Made by a program: the position numbers and the translations under genes. Positions 37,289-44,941 of a DNA stretch of 64,000 bases are shown in pieces (positions within the stretch are counted from its first letter, which is position 1; each line of letters begins with the position of its first letter). This DNA is from a candidate division WWE3 bacterium UBA1401 (lineage in GTDB: Bacteria; Patescibacteriota; WWE3; UBA101185; UBA10185): positions 437,767-501,766 of the forward strand of contig DBQF01000001.1 of the NCBI GenBank assembly GCA_002305115.1, written 5' to 3'. Under the pieces are notes generated by a model, which had not been told where the DNA came from, searched no databases, and was given only the letters and a program-made list of their open reading frames with translations.

Positions 37289-38006
37289 ATTTTTGTTGAT
37301 AAGTTACTTTAATGGTTTCTTCTGAACTATTTCCTGCCAAGTCTGTTGCTTCAATTTTTATTTCTACACTACCTTCATCTACACCTAGTAGAATCTCAAA
37401 ACTGTAGTCTGGCTTTAGGATGGCCAATCTTTCGTTGACTCTAACCTCTGCCTTTTCATTAACCTTTCCTGTAACTGTGATTCTTTTATTCAAGTTTCTA
37501 ACTGTATCACCTGGTTTAGGACTAATAATCTCAATTTCTGGCGAATCTTTATCTACGCGAATTTCCAGAGTTTGTGATTTTGGGCTTTCCATATTTCCGT
37601 TACCTACTGCTTTGGCAAAAATAGTGTTTTTTCCGTCAATCAGCTCAACATCAGGGAAAGTAAACTTGCCTTCAATATCTGTTATTACCGATGTAACTTC
37701 CGGGCCGTTTACATAAAGTTTTATTTTAGTTGTGGGTTCAGCCAGGCCTTCCAAAGTGATAGTTTTGTCATTTGTAGCTTCAGGAGCATTTACAAACAGG
37801 GGTGCGGGCACTGCTACTGCAGAATTTGGGTCTTCATTCCTGTGAACAGATACTAACCCGAACAGACCCCCTATTTTTGGTGCGTATTTAATTACGGCAA
37901 TGGTGAAGAAGGAAACTAAAAAAATGATCAAAAAGACCAAAAAGAATAATTTCTTAGATAATTCTTCCTCTTGTTTTACAGAAGCTCTGTAGTTCTTTTT
38001 TGCCAC
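37281..38006 (-). CDS. Membrane-anchored protein with Ig-like beta-sandwich repeats
   Basis: N-terminal TM, then two roughly 80-aa segments of beta-rich sequence (TITLEGLAEPTTKIKLYVNG, ITVTGKVNEKAEVRVNE). Confidence 0.5.
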   Translation of the reverse strand: MAKKNYRASVKQEEELSKKLFFLVFLIIFLVSFFTIAVIKYAPKIGGLFGLVSVHRNEDPNSAVAVPAPLFVNAPEATNDKTITLEGLAEPTTKIKLYVNGPEVTSVITDIEGKFTFPDVELIDGKNTIFAKAVGNGNMESPKSQTLEIRVDKDSPEIEIISPKPGDTVRNLNKRITVTGKVNEKAEVRVNERLAILKPDYSFEILLGVDEGSVEIKIEATDLAGNSSEETIKVTYQQKSN

Positions 38007-38018
38007 ACCTATATTTTA

Positions 38019-38921
38019 CTAGATAATGCAATCTTTGATAAATTTCCTAAGTTCCGGTGCCAGGTCTTCTCTTTGCATGGCAAATTTGAGAGTTGTCTTA
38101 AGGTACCTTAAGGGGTCTCCCGTAGTTAGCCATTCGCCTTCAATAGGCTGGCCTATTACACTTTTTCCCTCTTGCGCCAGACTGTTCAGGATGTCTATGA
38201 CCCAAAGCTCATCATCTTTACCGGTAGGGGATTCAATGGCCTTCTTGATGACGTCGTAGGAAAAAACAAATCTGCCAAACTGCGCCATGTTGGAAGGTGC
38301 CTGGTCTGCTGGCAGTTTTTCGTATCCTGCCTCTATTTCATGCGGATGTTGTGGATTTTCTTTATATTTTACTGTTCCAAACTTATCTACCTCTTCATAT
38401 GGCACTTCTTGTACGCCCAAAACAGCTGTAGGGCTTTCTTTCTCATACACTTCTATAAGCTGTCTTGTAACGGGTTTTTCGGAAATTGTAAGGTCGTCCC
38501 CAAACATGTAGACAAACGATTCATTGTTATCAATTACTTCTTTGGCTGCCAAAAGTGGTGTGGCGTTACCGTATGGCAAGTGATTCCTCTGCCTAATGTA
38601 AATGAAGTTAGCCATTTTTGGAATGTTCCTGACTAGTTCAAGCCTGTCTGTTTTGCCTGCTTCCTCTAATGCTGTTTCAAGTTCCGATCTGTTATCAAAA
38701 TAGTCTTCCATGATGTGATTACCTACACGAGTTACTAATACAATATCTGTAATGCCTGAGGCTACAGCTTCTTCTACCAGGTAGTGGATTATAGGTTTGT
38801 CTATGATTGGAAGCATTTCTTTAGGCTGGTTTTTTGTAGCAGGAAGGAATCTTGTACCCAGTCCTGCAGCTGCAATAACAGCTTTGGTAATCTTTGTATG
38901 GTTTTTGTGCTGTATAAACAT
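38019..38921 (-). CDS. galU: UTP--glucose-1-phosphate uridylyltransferase
   Basis: KAVIAAAGLGTRFLPATKNQPKEMLPIIDKP N-terminal signature. Confidence 0.9.
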   Translation of the reverse strand: MFIQHKNHTKITKAVIAAAGLGTRFLPATKNQPKEMLPIIDKPIIHYLVEEAVASGITDIVLVTRVGNHIMEDYFDNRSELETALEEAGKTDRLELVRNIPKMANFIYIRQRNHLPYGNATPLLAAKEVIDNNESFVYMFGDDLTISEKPVTRQLIEVYEKESPTAVLGVQEVPYEEVDKFGTVKYKENPQHPHEIEAGYEKLPADQAPSNMAQFGRFVFSYDVIKKAIESPTGKDDELWVIDILNSLAQEGKSVIGQPIEGEWLTTGDPLRYLKTTLKFAMQREDLAPELRKFIKDCII

Positions 38922-38929
38922 AGGTCTTT

Positions 38930-38938
38930 ATTTTACCA
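38930..38938 (-). promoter_or_regulatory. Extended -10 box TGGTAAAAT (minus strand), 8 nt before the galU ATG
   Basis: The minus strand reads TGGTAAAAT-AAAGACCT-ATG. Confidence 0.5.
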
Positions 38939-39094
38939 GATTTTGTTTGATCTTTCCTTTAGTTACAGCAAATGCGAAGTTTTTACGAATATATGTATAT
39001 AGGTGGTATATTGGATTGTGATGATAAAGGTGTAGGTTGTGTGTAAATTTGCTAGCTGCTTGCCACGCTTGCCTGCTAGTACGCAGGCGGATGG

Positions 39095-39169
39095 TGGAGC
39101 CGATGGGGGGATTTGAACCCTCGACCCATCCCTTACGAAGGGATTGCTCTACCACTGAGCTACATCGGC
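39095..39169 (-). tRNA. tRNA-Thr (anticodon CGT), CCA encoded
   Basis: Minus strand reads GCCGATGTAGCTCAGTGGTAGAGCAATCCCTTCGTAAGGGATGGGTCGAGGGTTCAAATCCCCCCATCGGCTCCA. There is one A-C mismatch in the T stem. Confidence 0.85.
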
Positions 39170-39191
39170 ATGACTTATTGTAGATTATAGC

Positions 39192-39815
39192 TTATTTTTT
39201 GCGATTGTAGAAATAAAAAATGCCAAAAAATGTGGCAAATCCAAACAGATACCCACCGATCACATCTGTTAGCCAATGTGCCCCTAGTGATATACGGGAT
39301 ATGCCCACTAGCGCAATTAAGCCGACTGAAAAGATACCCATAACATCTTGTAAACCAGGATATTTTGCCCATATGGCTTTACGTAAGGAATATATTGTTC
39401 CGAAAAAAACAGTATAGCCAAAAACATGACTTGATGGGTAACAGTATGTTCTTGGTAAAACTGCATAAAACAGCTTTCTAATTTCATTCGGGTTGGGGCA
39501 GGGAACTTGAAATAGTTGCTTCAGGAGTGACGGTATAACTAAAGTGAGTGTAGCTATTATCAGAGTTAATGCCAGATGCTTTTTGTTTTGTCTAGCCAAA
39601 TAAAATGCTAAAGCAATACCGATTAGTGGTAGATAATAGCTTATTTGTGAAACAAGGCAGTTAAGCTGGATGATTGTATGTGTTTGTCCTTGCTGGATGA
39701 GTATGCTTGTTTGGTAGTTTAGATAAACAATCTGCGGGTTCTTTGCGAGGATGCCAATTATTATGCCGGTTATTGTTAGGACAAGCCCTAATCTTAAGAG
39801 TTTTGATTTAGGCAT
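39192..39815 (-). CDS. PAP2-family phosphatase (lipid phosphate/undecaprenyl-diphosphate phosphatase type)
   Basis: Motifs YPSSHVFGY and SRISLGAHWLTDVIGG. Polytopic. Confidence 0.8.
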   Translation of the reverse strand: MPKSKLLRLGLVLTITGIIIGILAKNPQIVYLNYQTSILIQQGQTHTIIQLNCLVSQISYYLPLIGIALAFYLARQNKKHLALTLIIATLTLVIPSLLKQLFQVPCPNPNEIRKLFYAVLPRTYCYPSSHVFGYTVFFGTIYSLRKAIWAKYPGLQDVMGIFSVGLIALVGISRISLGAHWLTDVIGGYLFGFATFFGIFYFYNRKK

Positions 39816-40281
39816 CTATTAGTTGGTTAATTTGGTAAAACAGGTCTGTGTTGTTTGTGTAGTGAATAGTAACCAGTCCAGCTATTTGGGCGGCTTCAAT
39901 AAATGCTTGTGAATCATCGATAAATAGGGTTTCTTCTGGTTTGATATTTAGCAAAGTTGTGAGTTTTGTGTAGGCCGACGGGTCTTTTTTAGATATGCCT
40001 AGCTCTGCTGCAGAAAAAATTTTTTTGAAGACGGGTTGTATAAAGGGTAGCAGTTCCGGAGCTTCTTGGATGTAGCCGCTTGTGAAGATGTATAAGTCTA
40101 GTTTTGATTTAAGTGAGGTATAAAAGTCCAGTATTTCGATATTGATCTGGAAGTAGTCTAGTGGGTTGTAGTCTGGTGCGTGGCGTAGTTGTTGGTGTAG
40201 TTCGTTAAGCCCACTTTTGTATTCAGGGTTTTTTGGAAAGAGTATTACGTTTGAAAAATCACTGATTAGTGTTTTGGTCAT
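39808..40281 (-). CDS. HAD-superfamily hydrolase
   Basis: N-terminal SDFSNVI (motif I variant), and FIDDSQAFIEAAQIAGL (motif IV region). Confidence 0.65.
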   Translation of the reverse strand: MTKTLISDFSNVILFPKNPEYKSGLNELHQQLRHAPDYNPLDYFQINIEILDFYTSLKSKLDLYIFTSGYIQEAPELLPFIQPVFKKIFSAAELGISKKDPSAYTKLTTLLNIKPEETLFIDDSQAFIEAAQIAGLVTIHYTNNTDLFYQINQLIDA

Positions 40282-40323
40282 ATCTTAAGTTTTCTAGTCT
40301 ACAGTAGATTTAACGTAGGCGGA

Positions 40324-40399
40324 TGGAGCGGGTGACGGGTTTCGAACCCGCGACCTCTTCCTTGGGAAGGAAGCGCTCTACCAACTGAACTACACCCGC
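40324..40399 (-). tRNA. tRNA-Gly (anticodon CCC), CCA encoded
   Basis: Minus strand reads GCGGGTGTAGTTCAGTTGGTAGAGCGCTTCCTTCCCAAGGAAGAGGTCGCGGGTTCGAAACCCGTCACCCGCTCCA. Confidence 0.9.
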
Positions 40400-40489
40400 A
40401 TAACAAAATTATACAACACCACCTCCCCACCTTAGCTTCGGCCTCAGTGGGGTGTGATTAAACTTCCAAGTGATTTTATTGCCTGCAAC

Positions 40490-40972
40490 TTACGGGATAA
40501 TTAACGTCTGTCCTGCGTAGATCAATGCTTGTTGGCCGGAGGGTAGGTAGCCAATGTTTGCTGCATTTGCCTCAAGTATCTTTGTCCATTCTGCGCCACT
40601 CCCATAGGCTGCTTCGGCTATTTCCCAAAGAGTATCTCCCGACTTAACACTATATTCACCAGTGCTAATTTGTCCTTGCTCATAGTTTGTTGCGCTCCAC
40701 TCGGTTGCTTCAGCAGGTTCTTGGCTTGGTTGTGCCTCTTCCATTACTGTCTCTGTTTCCTCTGTTTGTTCTCCTTCTGTTTCTTGTTCTTCCCCTCTCT
40801 CGGTATTTGATGATATGGTTTCGCCGTTGGTTTCATTTTGGTTGTTGTCTATACCTGTGTTGTTATTCCTATTGAAGTAGTTATATGTTGCGAAGAGCAG
40901 TGCAAGGATAAATAGTCCGCCTACAATGAATGCTTGGATATCTTTTTTAGTTTGATTCGGATCCGTTGCCAT
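40490..40972 (-). CDS. Membrane-anchored LysM-domain protein
   Basis: N-terminal TM, an acidic E/T/Q-rich linker, and a C-terminal LysM (YSVKSGDTLWEIAEAAYG...YAGQTLIIP). SD AGGGGGTG. Confidence 0.75.
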   Translation of the reverse strand: MATDPNQTKKDIQAFIVGGLFILALLFATYNYFNRNNNTGIDNNQNETNGETISSNTERGEEQETEGEQTEETETVMEEAQPSQEPAEATEWSATNYEQGQISTGEYSVKSGDTLWEIAEAAYGSGAEWTKILEANAANIGYLPSGQQALIYAGQTLIIP

Positions 40973-41022
40973 TCACACCCCCTTTTTTGGTTTTAATTTT
41001 TTAAAGTTTCTGCGGGCAATGC

Positions 41023-41138
41023 TGGCTGTGCCATCCAAAGCGTTAACAGTAAAAGGTTATGTTAACTTCAGACAGGTCCTTCTTCGCTACGCCCTACCTG
41101 CCGGCAGGCAGGTACGAAGGACATCCGCCTGCGGCGGA
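41023..41138 (-). repeat. tRNA-linked structured repeat, copy A (longest; carries a 22-nt extra palindromic hairpin 41093..41114)
   Basis: Aligns with copy B over its whole length (see findings). Its 20-mer catccgcctgcggcggatgg (41122..41141) overlaps the tRNA-Asp CCA. Confidence 0.75.
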
Positions 41139-41215
41139 TGGCGGGACCGACGGGTCTCGAACCCGCGACCTCTTCCGTGACAGGGAAGCGCTCTAACCAA
41201 CTGAGCTACGGCCCC
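41139..41215 (-). tRNA. tRNA-Asp (anticodon GTC), CCA encoded
   Basis: Minus strand reads GGGGCCGTAGCTCAGTTGGTTAGAGCGCTTCCCTGTCACGGAAGAGGTCGCGGGTTCGAGACCCGTCGGTCCCGCCA. Confidence 0.9.
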
Positions 41216-41502
41216 ATTTGATGCATGAAACAAACAATCTTTACACACGTAAAGGCTGTGGTTTTTCTTTGGCTTATAGTAGCAAAATGGCATTGGAAGT
41301 CAATATTGTGTTTGAGGGTGTAAGGATGGGGTGGAAGTCTCTTGCCGGCAGGCGGTAGAAACGCATCTATGAGATTCTTTACCAGCTATAGTTTCCACCC
41401 CACCATTGTTAATCCCCCCTTTCTCTCACCACTAGCAATCTTGTGGCAATCAATATAGTTTATTAAGTTTTGTGTGTCAAATGGGACTAGATTTATGGGT
41501 GG

Positions 41503-41567
41503 AAAAAAAGGTGGGGGAGTGCAGGCCGCAAAATTTTTCGAAGTGGCGCAGGCTTGCGAACTCCCCC
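41503..41567 (-). terminator. Terminator-like element: 8-bp G/C stem with long loop, followed by U7 on the minus strand
   Basis: The minus strand reads GGGGGAGT-(39 nt)-ACTCCCCC-ACC-TTTTTTT. It lies just downstream of an SD plus 4-codon mini-ORF (41588..41574). Confidence 0.45.
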
Positions 41568-41650
41568 GTGATTCTACCCAATGTCCATGCTGTCTCCTTT
41601 CTAATCATATAGACAAGGGGCACACCCAAAATTATTATACTGTTTTAACG

Positions 41651-41659
41651 TGTTAAAAT
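41651..41659 (+). promoter_or_regulatory. Extended -10 box TGTTAAAAT, 7 nt before the polX GTG
   Basis: Same GTGTTAAAATAC string as upstream of rlmN. Confidence 0.5.
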
Positions 41660-41666
41660 ACACACA

Positions 41667-43418
41667 GTGCCGAAAAGACTATCTAACCAAGAAATCGCGC
41701 AAATCCTCAAAGAACATGTAGCCGCCATGGAAGTAAAAGGCTACAGCTTCTTTCGCATCAGAGCTTATCAAACCGCCATCTCTGCCATCGAAAACCTTAC
41801 CATGAGCGTTTATGACCTCTGGGAAAAAGACCGGTTAAGCGAAATTCCCGGAGTAGGCGAAAGCTTGGAACAACACCTTACCTCATTATTTGAAAAAGGC
41901 TCTTACCCCGAAGCAGAACTTGCCAAACGTGATCTTCCGGAAGGTATGTTTGCCCTAATTGGCATTAGAGGCATTGGTGCTAAACGAGCCTACAAACTAG
42001 CCGAAGCATTTGATTTGCAAGACAGAGCTTCTGCTCTTGAAACAGTTAAACAGGCTGCACAAGATAAAAAAATTCAGGCTTTAGAAGGTTTTGGGGAAAA
42101 AATAGAGACGCAAATTTTAGAAGCTATTTCCGAACTTAAAAAGACTAAAAATGAGCGTAAACGTATGTTGCTATTTCAGGCCGAAGAGATTGCCCAAAGA
42201 ATCATAACTTATTTGGAAAAGCCCTCTTATATTCAAAAAGCAGAGGCTTTGGGCTCGTTAAAAAGGCGTGAGGATACAGTAGGTGATCTAGACATTGCTG
42301 TAGCTACATCTGAACCCGATAAAGCACTCAGACATTTTCTAGACTTTCCTGAAATTGCTGAAATAGTAGCAGAAGGTGAAAAAAAAGTTTCGGTCAATCT
42401 TACTAATGGAACGCAAGTAGATATTCGCGTAGTAGAACCTAATCAGTATGGTTCTATGGTGCAGTACTTTACAGGTTCCAAACAACACAACATTGTTTTG
42501 CGCACTTATGCTTTAGAGAAAGGTTATTCACTGTCTGAATATGGTATAAAAGACAATGGTACTTTGCACGAGTTTGCTACAGAAAAAGAATTTTATAATT
42601 TCTTGGGGTTAGAGCATATTCCCCCACAAATTAGGCAGGGTAAAAATGAAGTTACGCTTGCAGCCCGCCATGAACTGCCGGTCTTAGTAGACTATTCGGA
42701 TATCAAAGGTGATTTACACGTGCATACTATTGCTTCATCGGATGCGGTAAATACCCTAAGTGAAATGGTTAAAGCGGGTATTGATTTAGGTTATGAATAT
42801 ATTGGTATTGCTGATCATGCCCCAAGCGTACAAACTCGATCTTATGAAGAAGTAGCCCAGTTGATTGCTAAGCAAAGGGCTGCTATTGACGAGCTTAATG
42901 CCGCTCAGACCAACATAAAAGTACTATTTGGCTATGAGGTTAACATTTTGGCAGATGCCAACTTGTCTTTACCCATAGAATTTTTAGAACAACTTGATTA
43001 TGTAGTGGCAGGTATTCATACAGCGTTTGACCAGAGCAGAGAAGAAATTACTCATAGACTGGTGGCTGCTATTCGTAATCCGTTTGTAACAATTATTTCT
43101 CATCCAACTGGCAGATTGCTTAATGAACGGGAGGGCATTGACGCTGACTGGCACTTGGTGTTTGAGGAAGCTGCCAAGCATAATAAGATACTGGAACTCA
43201 ATGCTTATCCTGTACGTCTTGATTTACCGGCAGATTTGGCTAATGAAGCAAAAAATATGGGTGTTAAGCTTATTATTGATACCGATGCGCATGAGCTTAG
43301 CCAGCTGTATTTAATGCCCTACGGGGTAGATTTGGCTAAACGCGCCTGGTGTACTAAAGACGATATTGTCAATACGCAAGGGTGGAAAGATTTTGAAACC
43401 ACTGTGCTTAATAGGTAA
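41667..43418 (+). CDS. polX: Family X DNA polymerase with C-terminal PHP domain (PolX)
   Basis: HhH/8-kDa-like N-terminus, nucleotidyltransferase GDLDIAV, and PHP motifs (GDLHVHT, ADHAP, IISHP, DTDAH). GTG start. Confidence 0.85.
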   Translation: MPKRLSNQEIAQILKEHVAAMEVKGYSFFRIRAYQTAISAIENLTMSVYDLWEKDRLSEIPGVGESLEQHLTSLFEKGSYPEAELAKRDLPEGMFALIGIRGIGAKRAYKLAEAFDLQDRASALETVKQAAQDKKIQALEGFGEKIETQILEAISELKKTKNERKRMLLFQAEEIAQRIITYLEKPSYIQKAEALGSLKRREDTVGDLDIAVATSEPDKALRHFLDFPEIAEIVAEGEKKVSVNLTNGTQVDIRVVEPNQYGSMVQYFTGSKQHNIVLRTYALEKGYSLSEYGIKDNGTLHEFATEKEFYNFLGLEHIPPQIRQGKNEVTLAARHELPVLVDYSDIKGDLHVHTIASSDAVNTLSEMVKAGIDLGYEYIGIADHAPSVQTRSYEEVAQLIAKQRAAIDELNAAQTNIKVLFGYEVNILADANLSLPIEFLEQLDYVVAGIHTAFDQSREEITHRLVAAIRNPFVTIISHPTGRLLNEREGIDADWHLVFEEAAKHNKILELNAYPVRLDLPADLANEAKNMGVKLIIDTDAHELSQLYLMPYGVDLAKRAWCTKDDIVNTQGWKDFETTVLNR

Positions 43419-43476
43419 GTTGCGAGTTTAGCGTTTTAAGTTATACTTTAGATAGTTAATTTATGGAGGTTTTATT

Positions 43477-44031
43477 ATGGAAATTGGTCTGTTAGTTTTA
43501 TTTGGCTTAATTTTAGTTGTAGGTATTTTTTTTGTTAGTCTTTATAACAGTTTATCTAGGTTGCTGGTACGTATTCAAGAAGCATGGAGTGCAATAGATG
43601 TGCAATTGAAGCGAAGAGTGGATCTTATTCCCAATCTTGTAGAGACAGTGAAGGGTTATGCAGCGCATGAAAAGGAAGTGTTTGAAAATGTTACCAAGGC
43701 TAGGGCAGCCCTAATGAGTGCGGATACTGTGAAGCAGGCTGAAGAGGCTGATACCCAGCTTACGGGGGCGTTGAAGTCTTTGTTTGCTGTGGCAGAGGCG
43801 TATCCGGAGCTTAAAGCGCAGGAAGGGTTTGTGAATTTGCAGAAAGAGTTAAGTGACACGGAAGATAAAGTGGCGTATGCAAGGCAATTTTATAATTCTG
43901 TGGTTCGTGATTATAATTCTAGGGTTGTGGTGTTTCCGAGTAATGTTGTGGCTGGGATGTTTGGGTTTAGTAAGAAGGAGTTTTTCGAGGCTTCTGACGA
44001 AGACCGCAAGGCTGTGGAAGTTAAATTCTAG
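43477..44031 (+). CDS. lemA: LemA-family protein
   Basis: N-terminal TM, then [33 protein letters not shown] and YPELKA. SD GGAGG. Confidence 0.9.
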   Translation: MEIGLLVLFGLILVVGIFFVSLYNSLSRLLVRIQEAWSAIDVQLKRRVDLIPNLVETVKGYAAHEKEVFENVTKARAALMSADTVKQAEEADTQLTGALKSLFAVAEAYPELKAQEGFVNLQKELSDTEDKVAYARQFYNSVVRDYNSRVVVFPSNVVAGMFGFSKKEFFEASDEDRKAVEVKF

Positions 44032-44068
44032 CCTAAAAGGGTACAAAGTTTAGTGAAACTCTGCACCC
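44031..44068 (-). terminator. Hairpin (13 bp, 2 mismatches) plus U-tract terminating the minus-strand gene 44079..44420
   Basis: GGGTACAAAGTTT (44039..44051) pairs with AAACTCTGCACCC (44056..44068). On the minus strand it is followed by TTTTAGG. Confidence 0.55.
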
Positions 44069-44078
44069 TGGGTGGTTA

Positions 44079-44420
44079 TCAACCTAACCGGTTCCCGACT
44101 CCTCCCGTGAAACCGTACTTATCTCTATTAGTTTCCTCGCCTATAGGCCCTTGTCTGGTAAGTGCATAACTGGTTTGCATATAGCCCTTGATTTCTTCCT
44201 CTAGAACCTTAGCCTCGTCTGGGGTCAGGATGAGCTCAAAGTCGTAATACTTTGTGTGGGTGACCTCGTTGTTGTACTGGTGCTTTTCAGTGCCACCCAT
44301 TCTATTAGCTGCAGCCAGCATTTTTCTTAGTGCTGGTCTTCCTAACCAATTGTCCTTGGCGGTAATTCTGAGGAACCAGTTGTATTGCGTTTCCTCTGGA
44401 TACTGCGCTTTTTTGGGCAC
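44079..44420 (-). CDS. Hypothetical protein (113 aa)
   Basis: GTG start preceded by AAAGGAAA; a terminator lies downstream. I recognise no family. Confidence 0.5.
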   Translation of the reverse strand: MPKKAQYPEETQYNWFLRITAKDNWLGRPALRKMLAAANRMGGTEKHQYNNEVTHTKYYDFELILTPDEAKVLEEEIKGYMQTSYALTRQGPIGEETNRDKYGFTGGVGNRLG

Positions 44421-44671
44421 GTTGATTTCCTTTCTTGTTAATTGTGATGCGTTTGGCCGCTATAGGATGATAGGGATTTTATCACTGCTCCTAATTGTGT
44501 CAAGAGGGTTTTGATATAATCGCATTGGTGGTGTTTGTGTGCCGCACAAACTCTAGAATAACCAAATTTCGTTGTAGGCACTAATTGATCGTGTGGCAGC
44601 TTTAGGAAATGGGGTGGGAGTTCAGGAACCATTTGTCTTGATTTTTGGTTTCTGGCTCCCACCCAATTGTT

Positions 44672-44709
44672 AATGGAAAGAAAAGAGGTGTGAGGGGAAA
44701 CACCTCTTT
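44672..44709 (-). terminator. Rho-independent terminator (10-bp stem, 8-nt loop, U-rich tail) for the minus-strand small ORF
   Basis: The minus strand reads AAAGAGGTGT-TTCCCCTC-ACACCTCTTT-TCTTTCC. Confidence 0.7.
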
Positions 44710-44714
44710 GTTAC

Positions 44715-44879
44715 TCATCTCTTGTCTTCATCCTTGCCTTTTTCTTGTTTTTGCTCTTCTTCCAGAGGTTCGGGCTTGTATGGGAGGAAATGAGGACATC
44801 CTTCCCCCGCGCACTTTTCATCCACTCGATATCCCTCAAGACATATTCCATTAGGTATTGAACTAGGTACTGAACCCAT
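44715..44879 (-). CDS. Small hypothetical Cys-containing, acidic-tailed protein (54 aa)
   Basis: ATG at 44879 (MGSVPSSIPNGICLEGYRVDEKCAGEGCPHF...) with purine-rich GAGGGGAGAAAGG upstream and a clean terminator 6 nt after the stop. The track ORF extends to 44939 from a TTG. Confidence 0.4.
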   Translation of the reverse strand: MGSVPSSIPNGICLEGYRVDEKCAGEGCPHFLPYKPEPLEEEQKQEKGKDEDKR

Positions 44880-44926
44880 TCTTCTTGCCTTTCTCCCCTC
44901 ACTTTCGTGGATTATAAATGTGTTTC

Positions 44927-44935
44927 TGCTAAAAT
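44927..44935 (+). promoter_or_regulatory. Extended -10 box TGCTAAAAT, 6 nt before the htpX ATG (leaderless geometry)
   Basis: TAAAAT at 44930..44935, ATG at 44942. Confidence 0.6.
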
Positions 44936-44941
44936 ACAACC

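Noticed and set aside
41023-41040. TGGCAC in the repeat terminus (GGATGGCACAGCC, also in copies B and C) considered as a sigma-54 -24 element.
   Set aside because: The required GC of the -12 element is off by 1-2 nt in both full copies. No TTGC is present at the right spacing.
41474-41656. A 60-aa plus-strand ORF in the tRNA-Asp/polX spacer.
   Set aside because: It has no SD or -10 geometry, a Gly/Cys-rich odd composition, and it reads straight through the hairpins. It is more likely non-coding.
44438-44662. A 74-aa minus-strand ORF between the two small-gene terminators.
   Set aside because: Its GTG start sits directly after a terminator. The internal ATG has no SD, and its 5' end is a 9-bp stem-loop. 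It is kept only as a mention within the island finding.
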